Under the pieces are notes generated by a model. The model was given only the letters and a program-made list of their open reading frames with translations, made no database searches and had not been told where the DNA came from. Of a stretch of DNA of 64,000 bases, positions 58,703-64,000 are shown one piece after another (within the stretch, counting starts at the first letter, position 1; every line of letters starts with the position of its first letter). The stretch is taken from positions 1-64,000 of the forward strand of contig JAUCBJ010007680.1 in the NCBI GenBank assembly GCA_032718475.1. The letters are read 5' to 3'. Made by a program: the position numbers and the translations under genes. Source of the DNA: Nemertoderma westbladi (Eukaryota > Animalia > Xenacoelomorpha).

Positions 58703-58793
58703 GTGAGAGTCATGCTTATTCAAACGAGGTTAGTTTTCCCTAACTACCGATTGATTGATTGATTGAAAAATAATAATGTTTAATTTTCACCTT

Positions 58794-59339
58794 CTAATCA
58801 CCAACACCTAAAGTCACAACACCAAACATTAATAAATAATTAACAAGTTTACTAAATATAGGGTAATAAATGTGAAATTTGCTAGGTGAACACATTAAAG
58901 TACATTTACCGGTATGAAAGCAGCAAATGACTACGGTATTATTTATTCTTATTTTGCAATTATTAAAAATTTCAGGTTCATATATAACTTGAAGTTGCAC
59001 ATTATCAAAGACAACATAAAACCCTGTATTGTTTATCAATAACCTATAGACTACAGACTTAATACTAAAAATATAAGTACATAAATTAACAGATTTTAAA
59101 ATCAAATTAATACTAGTTTTATCAAATATATGTTTTTTTACTTTTTGGAAATTATACTTACTACCTAATAATGTAATACGACCATTTTTAAATATTAATA
59201 ATGTGGCACCAAATATCTTATATATAAACTGATTTGGTTTGAGTATGTGTTTACCAGATAATTGATTTTTTAATTCTTTCTAATTAATCGCTGACACTTG
59301 CTGGCAACTTACATTCTTATTGACTATCTGATAGTTCAT
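58794..59339 (-). pseudogene. TATA-binding-protein-like gene (two TBP repeats, ~181 aa), one in-frame TAG at 59280-59282
   Basis: MNYQIVNKNVSC..AIN*KEL..ATLLIFKNGRITLLGSK (repeat 1) and VNL..YEPEIF..V.CCFHTGKCTLM (repeat 2) parallel TBP TALIFSSGKMVCTGAK and YEPELFPG..IFVSGKVVLTG. Confidence 0.72.
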
Positions 59340-62300
59340 TGTTTGGTTCCTGATAAATAGGTATATTGTTTTTCTTTTTGGGTTTTTCGACCTTTGTTTG
59401 ATAGTGACCCCAAGGAAGCGAATGATTTTTATTAACCCAATAAAGTTTATCGTCAAATGCGCTGAGAGCAAACTTATCACGTGCTATAGTGTACACTTTG
59501 TGTAATTTACTATGAAATTGATGTATTTCTTTTGAAATTTCTTCGTTATCGTAATATGCCCTCAAATAATCTTCATGGCAAATATTTTTATCCACAACAG
59601 CTCTTGTAATACCTTTTGCTCTACGAATATTGGAATCATTCCATTCCAAAATTGAATATAATTTTGGTCTTAAAAATACCGCTTGTTTAATTTCACGTGA
59701 GGCTAGTTCGTCTTTACAGTAATAGAGCCTGGATTTATTTTTATCACTGTAGAGAGGGTGATCCTTGGGGTAATTGGATGTATCTAAAATATTATTTTTA
59801 ATTAATGCTTTAAAAAAATTATTCTGCGATGTATTATAGTAACAACCTATCAAAGAGTCAGTGTCTGACGCAACAATTTCAATACGGCAGTTTAATTCTT
59901 TCTCAATAGGTAGCAATTTATTGTAAAACAGATCATACATATCCAATTTAGCCAAGTCCAAGACAGTACAACCTACATAGACTGGTTTATCGAGAGTTAC
60001 AGAGTCTTTCACTAATAAATGTCCCGATAAGGAATCGTTATAAATCATGAAATTTTCATGATTTATACGTTTGACTAATTGGTCACATTTCTCTTTACTA
60101 TTAGCGATACGAAAGTTGCATCGATTCCGTATATTCTCTATCGTTTTTCCAAATAACGAATTATTCAGAAGCTTTGCGACAGCTGTTTCAATATACGTTT
60201 TTGCTAAATGCCTTTGATTAATATTAAAATCTATATAGGGTTTAAATACAAAGTCTTGATGGAAAGAATACAATTTATGGAGCTTAGTAACAATTAAACC
60301 TTGTTTTATATAAAATTTTAACAGTTTTAAATTTACATGATAGAATTCTTTATCGAATTGTGTCAACATAAGTTTTGGGGCACACATCTTATACTTGCTA
60401 TTAGTGCCTCTTTGTTTACAAACATTGTTAAATTGTTCCCTCATATAAGGTGAAAGCATTGTCTCATTTATACTTAAATGTTCTGGAGCTAAGGGTAGTT
60501 CTAATGTACGATCGTGAATATCTTTGGGATATTTCAAATCGCAAATTAAGAAAAACCCAATATCACCTTCAGTATCGAGATTTGTTAAATATTTTATCAG
60601 TTCTTCTGGAGCAGCATTCTCTAAATATGTAACGTTGACTTGTTTAAAACCTGAAACAGGTAGCTTTTTACTTAAATTACCCGAATACAAGGAATTAAAA
60701 TCTATATTGAAAATATGACACTCTTCCTTGCTTGGATCATAATTATCAGTATCTGGTATATTTGATTCTATGTAATGCTTTCGACAGAATGAAACCCCAC
60801 CTCTAATAGATGCTTCAAAATCTCTATATGTTTGGTAATCTTTTATTAATGCTAACTTACATTTATTGTATTTCAGGGCGCAATCATAAGTGAAAGCTGC
60901 GATACTGCAATAATAAACTACTTCTAATTCGTAGTTTTGTCTACACACTCTCCTAAAGTTCTCAAATATATCAGCGAGGAGACAAACATCGAGTCTTAAG
61001 TATGCTAAAAGATAATCCTTGAGATTCACACAGTCAAACTGACTCCATGATGCATTGGCAAAACTATATTCCTCGGGAGTACAGGTATTTTGTGTTAATT
61101 TACTATAAAATTTGTCTATTGATGGTAATTTCGAATCATTGAATTTATTTAAATCTGTCAGATACTCGTAGGGAAATATACCTTTTCGTTTAATTGTTGC
61201 ATTATTTAAATTTGGATAAAAATATTTCATTTGCTGTTCAGTAATTGGTAGAACTGATGTTATATCCTCGCTGTCTATATCCTTTGTTGAACAATCAACT
61301 AAAGTACTTAGGGAAAAGGATAAAAATTGATATGTGTCTAAGACACGTAGCTCAATCTTTGTTGTTGACCCTTTCACTGGTATATGCATGCTTAGTGAAA
61401 TATACCTTTCAGAATTTTTAGGGATTACCTTTATATCCCAATCGGAATATTTATTATTGCTAAAACCAACTTGCAAAAGAAAATGCAAATCGTAGAGATT
61501 GCAGTTGTGTGCAGCGAGTATATACATGTGTCGTTTCAACGATAAAGAGCGGTTACATGTGTTACAAGCGGCCGCTATATAGTTACCAGTAATATGTGAG
61601 TGATGTTTGTTTTTCTCAGACTTATCCTTAAATAAAACATTGCAATAAAAGCAAGTTTTAGCTTTCCAAAAACTTAACTTATCTACTTCGTTAAGTATCA
61701 TTATCTCTCTTGTGTGGTCTTCCGACCACTTATATAATTGGGTGATGTCATTATATACAGAGTCTAAAAAGTCTTGAATACAGTTGTTGTCGATTGTTTT
61801 TGTAAAGGTCTTCAAATAAAATTTTGGTGGATTGATTAATTCGGCGCTAGGAACAATTAAATAACTTACAGCGCATGGAATATGATTCTGAATAAATTTA
61901 CTGTTGGTGGCTGGCTCCAAAATAGATTCTATGTCAAAATATATTACAAACAATGCTGGTAATGTTCTGTCTAAATTTCTAAAGCTAATGTGAGTTCTTT
62001 TTTCAGATGGTAGCTTCTCAACTTGACTTTTTCCTCGATAACAAGCAAGACGGTGACGTTCTAGAACATCATTGGTGTAGAAAGGCGCCAAACACCGTTC
62101 ACAATATTTCCTACCTCCAATATGCTTACCTCTTGTATTCATCATCCGATTCAAGTTAGTTATGCAAACATAATGGGATTGTTTTGATTTATTCTTATTT
62201 TTTACAAGTAATATATTCAATAACTCTTTATCTGGAGTGATTTTACTAAATGGTGCCTGTCTTAATATAGATACTCGATTGTTGTCGTAGAGTAATAAAT

Positions 62301-63333
62301 TAATTATATATGCTGAATTCTGTTTTTCAAAAAGTTTAATTGCAAGCGGCCATTCTGTTGGATAATCTTTGTTCCCATTGTCAAAAATAAAATGATTCAT
62401 GTAATCTGCGTACTGCGAAGTACGATATTTGTGATCTTTCACTTTGCTACTAAATTTTGCGGCTATAATTGCCCATTTAAAACAGTCATTATCAGCCGTT
62501 TGTATATTTATAACACATTGTTTACCTGATAGAGCCTTAGGTAACTCCATATAACCGTGTCCCTTATATAGTAACGATCTACACTTGGATTCAGCTACTT
62601 TAATTTCAACCCTTAATAAAGATTTAACGCGCCACCCTGAGCCACGAGTGTTAAACATGGCTATTTTTTGCATTAATTTTTCTAGTACATACTCAAACCA
62701 TGTGTCAAAACTTTCATGTGAATCTACGGTATTAACTGCACCACCTGAAGAACTAAAATAGAAAGCTTCTTCTTGATCACCTTCTGAAAAATGTGATCGA
62801 TACATGAGTACATTCACACCTAGCCAGGGTCTAAGTACATTCATTTCGCTAAGTTTTCCTAATAATAACGTTTTGATGTGTGGTAGAATATGAACTATCG
62901 ATGAATGAATATCAGGAAAATCTTCATCATTTGGAAGATTGTAAACATAGATTTCTAAACGGTTATCGTGTGCGGCTCGTTCGAGGCTAAAAATTGATGG
63001 ACCTTGACCAGATTTCAGTCTTTTTCTAGATGCGACAGTATTGTTTTGGTTCCGTTGTGGTCTAACATGATAATAACGTTGGTGACAGTCGTGACGTAAA
63101 TAATTCTCATATAAATACTCTTTATTACAAGTCGGGCAAGTTTTTTCATACACGCAAAACTTCATTTCTTTACATCCCGTAGTTGTTTCATGTCGTTTGC
63201 ATATTTCTTCACGTGAACATTTCACTCGACAATTAAAACAATTGTATTCTTCAAAATGAGATTTCACATGTGTTAAATAATTTCGTTTAGAAATTTGAAG
63301 AGGACAAAATGGACATTTCAATTGTTTATCCAT
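59317..63333 (-). CDS. Protein-primed family B DNA polymerase with N-terminal C2H2 fingers, OTU-like and EndoVII/HNH-like domains
   Basis: GSGW, DNDCFKWAI..HY; Exo motifs FDIES / HN..YD / Y.RLDV; CFYC..H.HITG.Y..CNTCN; KGIFPYEY; Pol motifs DFNSLY, KLLNNSLFGK, DTDS; LRPKLYS, KGI, DDK. Confidence 0.96.
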   Translation of the reverse strand: MDKQLKCPFCPLQISKRNYLTHVKSHFEEYNCFNCRVKCSREEICKRHETTTGCKEMKFCVYEKTCPTCNKEYLYENYLRHDCHQRYYHVRPQRNQNNTVASRKRLKSGQGPSIFSLERAAHDNRLEIYVYNLPNDEDFPDIHSSIVHILPHIKTLLLGKLSEMNVLRPWLGVNVLMYRSHFSEGDQEEAFYFSSSGGAVNTVDSHESFDTWFEYVLEKLMQKIAMFNTRGSGWRVKSLLRVEIKVAESKCRSLLYKGHGYMELPKALSGKQCVINIQTADNDCFKWAIIAAKFSSKVKDHKYRTSQYADYMNHFIFDNGNKDYPTEWPLAIKLFEKQNSAYIINLLLYDNNRVSILRQAPFSKITPDKELLNILLVKNKNKSKQSHYVCITNLNRMMNTRGKHIGGRKYCERCLAPFYTNDVLERHRLACYRGKSQVEKLPSEKRTHISFRNLDRTLPALFVIYFDIESILEPATNSKFIQNHIPCAVSYLIVPSAELINPPKFYLKTFTKTIDNNCIQDFLDSVYNDITQLYKWSEDHTREIMILNEVDKLSFWKAKTCFYCNVLFKDKSEKNKHHSHITGNYIAAACNTCNRSLSLKRHMYILAAHNCNLYDLHFLLQVGFSNNKYSDWDIKVIPKNSERYISLSMHIPVKGSTTKIELRVLDTYQFLSFSLSTLVDCSTKDIDSEDITSVLPITEQQMKYFYPNLNNATIKRKGIFPYEYLTDLNKFNDSKLPSIDKFYSKLTQNTCTPEEYSFANASWSQFDCVNLKDYLLAYLRLDVCLLADIFENFRRVCRQNYELEVVYYCSIAAFTYDCALKYNKCKLALIKDYQTYRDFEASIRGGVSFCRKHYIESNIPDTDNYDPSKEECHIFNIDFNSLYSGNLSKKLPVSGFKQVNVTYLENAAPEELIKYLTNLDTEGDIGFFLICDLKYPKDIHDRTLELPLAPEHLSINETMLSPYMREQFNNVCKQRGTNSKYKMCAPKLMLTQFDKEFYHVNLKLLKFYIKQGLIVTKLHKLYSFHQDFVFKPYIDFNINQRHLAKTYIETAVAKLLNNSLFGKTIENIRNRCNFRIANSKEKCDQLVKRINHENFMIYNDSLSGHLLVKDSVTLDKPVYVGCTVLDLAKLDMYDLFYNKLLPIEKELNCRIEIVASDTDSLIGCYYNTSQNNFFKALIKNNILDTSNYPKDHPLYSDKNKSRLYYCKDELASREIKQAVFLRPKLYSILEWNDSNIRRAKGITRAVVDKNICHEDYLRAYYDNEEISKEIHQFHSKLHKVYTIARDKFALSAFDDKLYWVNKNHSLPWGHYQTKVEKPKKKNNIPIYQEPNNELSDSQ

Positions 63334-64000
63334 CTCTTTATTATCCTAAAAACAATTTAAAATTAATATGAATATTGTTATATATATAATCAAAAAAAAT
63401 TCATAAGCTACTCAACACAAATAAAATATAATATCTAAACTTTAATTAATTTAATATTTTCAGAATGAGCTCGATTGAATCAGTTGAGCTCTTTATATAT
63501 ATATTTCAAGTTTCTACTTATACCAACCAATCATAAATAACAGTTACATTGGAAACTAATATCATAAATAAAGTTGCTTTTACAACTGAATTCTTTATAA
63601 TAAAATCAAGTATAAACCAAGATGTACATAATACGTTTTTAATTTTCATTGATAAAAGTAGGTTTTACATGCTAATGTTTTATTATGGTGGTGTAAACTC
63701 ACGCATATTTACATGGGAATGTTTTATACCTAATCCCGTGCTCACATTAAACTATCACCAATATTTACTCAATAAAGTCACCTTTACATGCAAATACTTT
63801 ATAATAATCACGCTTTGTGATAAAAAGTTACCTTTACAAGTTAGTGTGAAACTGAAAAAGAAAAGTCTCTAGTTAATAATAAATCAATCTGATACTGTTT
63901 TTATATGTTCCTTATTGTAATCTGCTACCTCTTCACTTGCTTTTGTAACTTTTATTTTCGTTGTAGGTATAGAATCATTGTTGGGAATGGAAGATGTTTG

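Larger units (their letters stand above)
46739..64000. mobile_element. Polinton/Maverick (adintovirus-like endogenous virus), decaying, continues beyond the window
   Basis: Co-located ATPase, rve integrase, pentons, hexon, adenain and protein-primed PolB. The left TIR was not identified, so the left boundary is approximate. Confidence 0.95.

Noticed and set aside
58372-58743. Overlapping Ala/Ser/Gln-rich ORFs
   Set aside because: Produced by the GC-rich minisatellite and open in several frames.
63549-63872. 107-aa plus-strand ORF
   Set aside because: TTG start, AT-rich low-information sequence and no motifs.

Overview
AT-rich animal (invertebrate-type) genomic DNA, dominated by transposable elements. 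It holds four apparently intronless host-type genes: a DEG/ENaC channel split by one frameshift, a type II membrane fibrinogen-domain protein, TTC38, and a SAM-less SAMHD1-like HD protein with altered catalytic residues. Retroelements are a Penelope-like fragment with an inverted repeat, an L2-type LINE, and a 12-kb BEL/Pao LTR element that lacks RT and integrase but carries an extra zinc-knuckle gene. DNA elements include several nested MITEs (P/Galileo-like, piggyBac-like, Tc1/mariner-like, MULE-like), and there is a ~7-kb 31-bp satellite. From ~46.7 kb to the window end lies a decaying Polinton/Maverick (adintovirus-like) element with packaging ATPase, integrase, two pentons, hexon, adenain protease and pPolB. 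The most unusual signals are a tRNA-like Pol III cassette with a type I hammerhead ribozyme between its A and B boxes (two inverted copies), and a two-repeat TBP-like gene inside the Polinton. All calls come from motifs read by eye; no searches were run.
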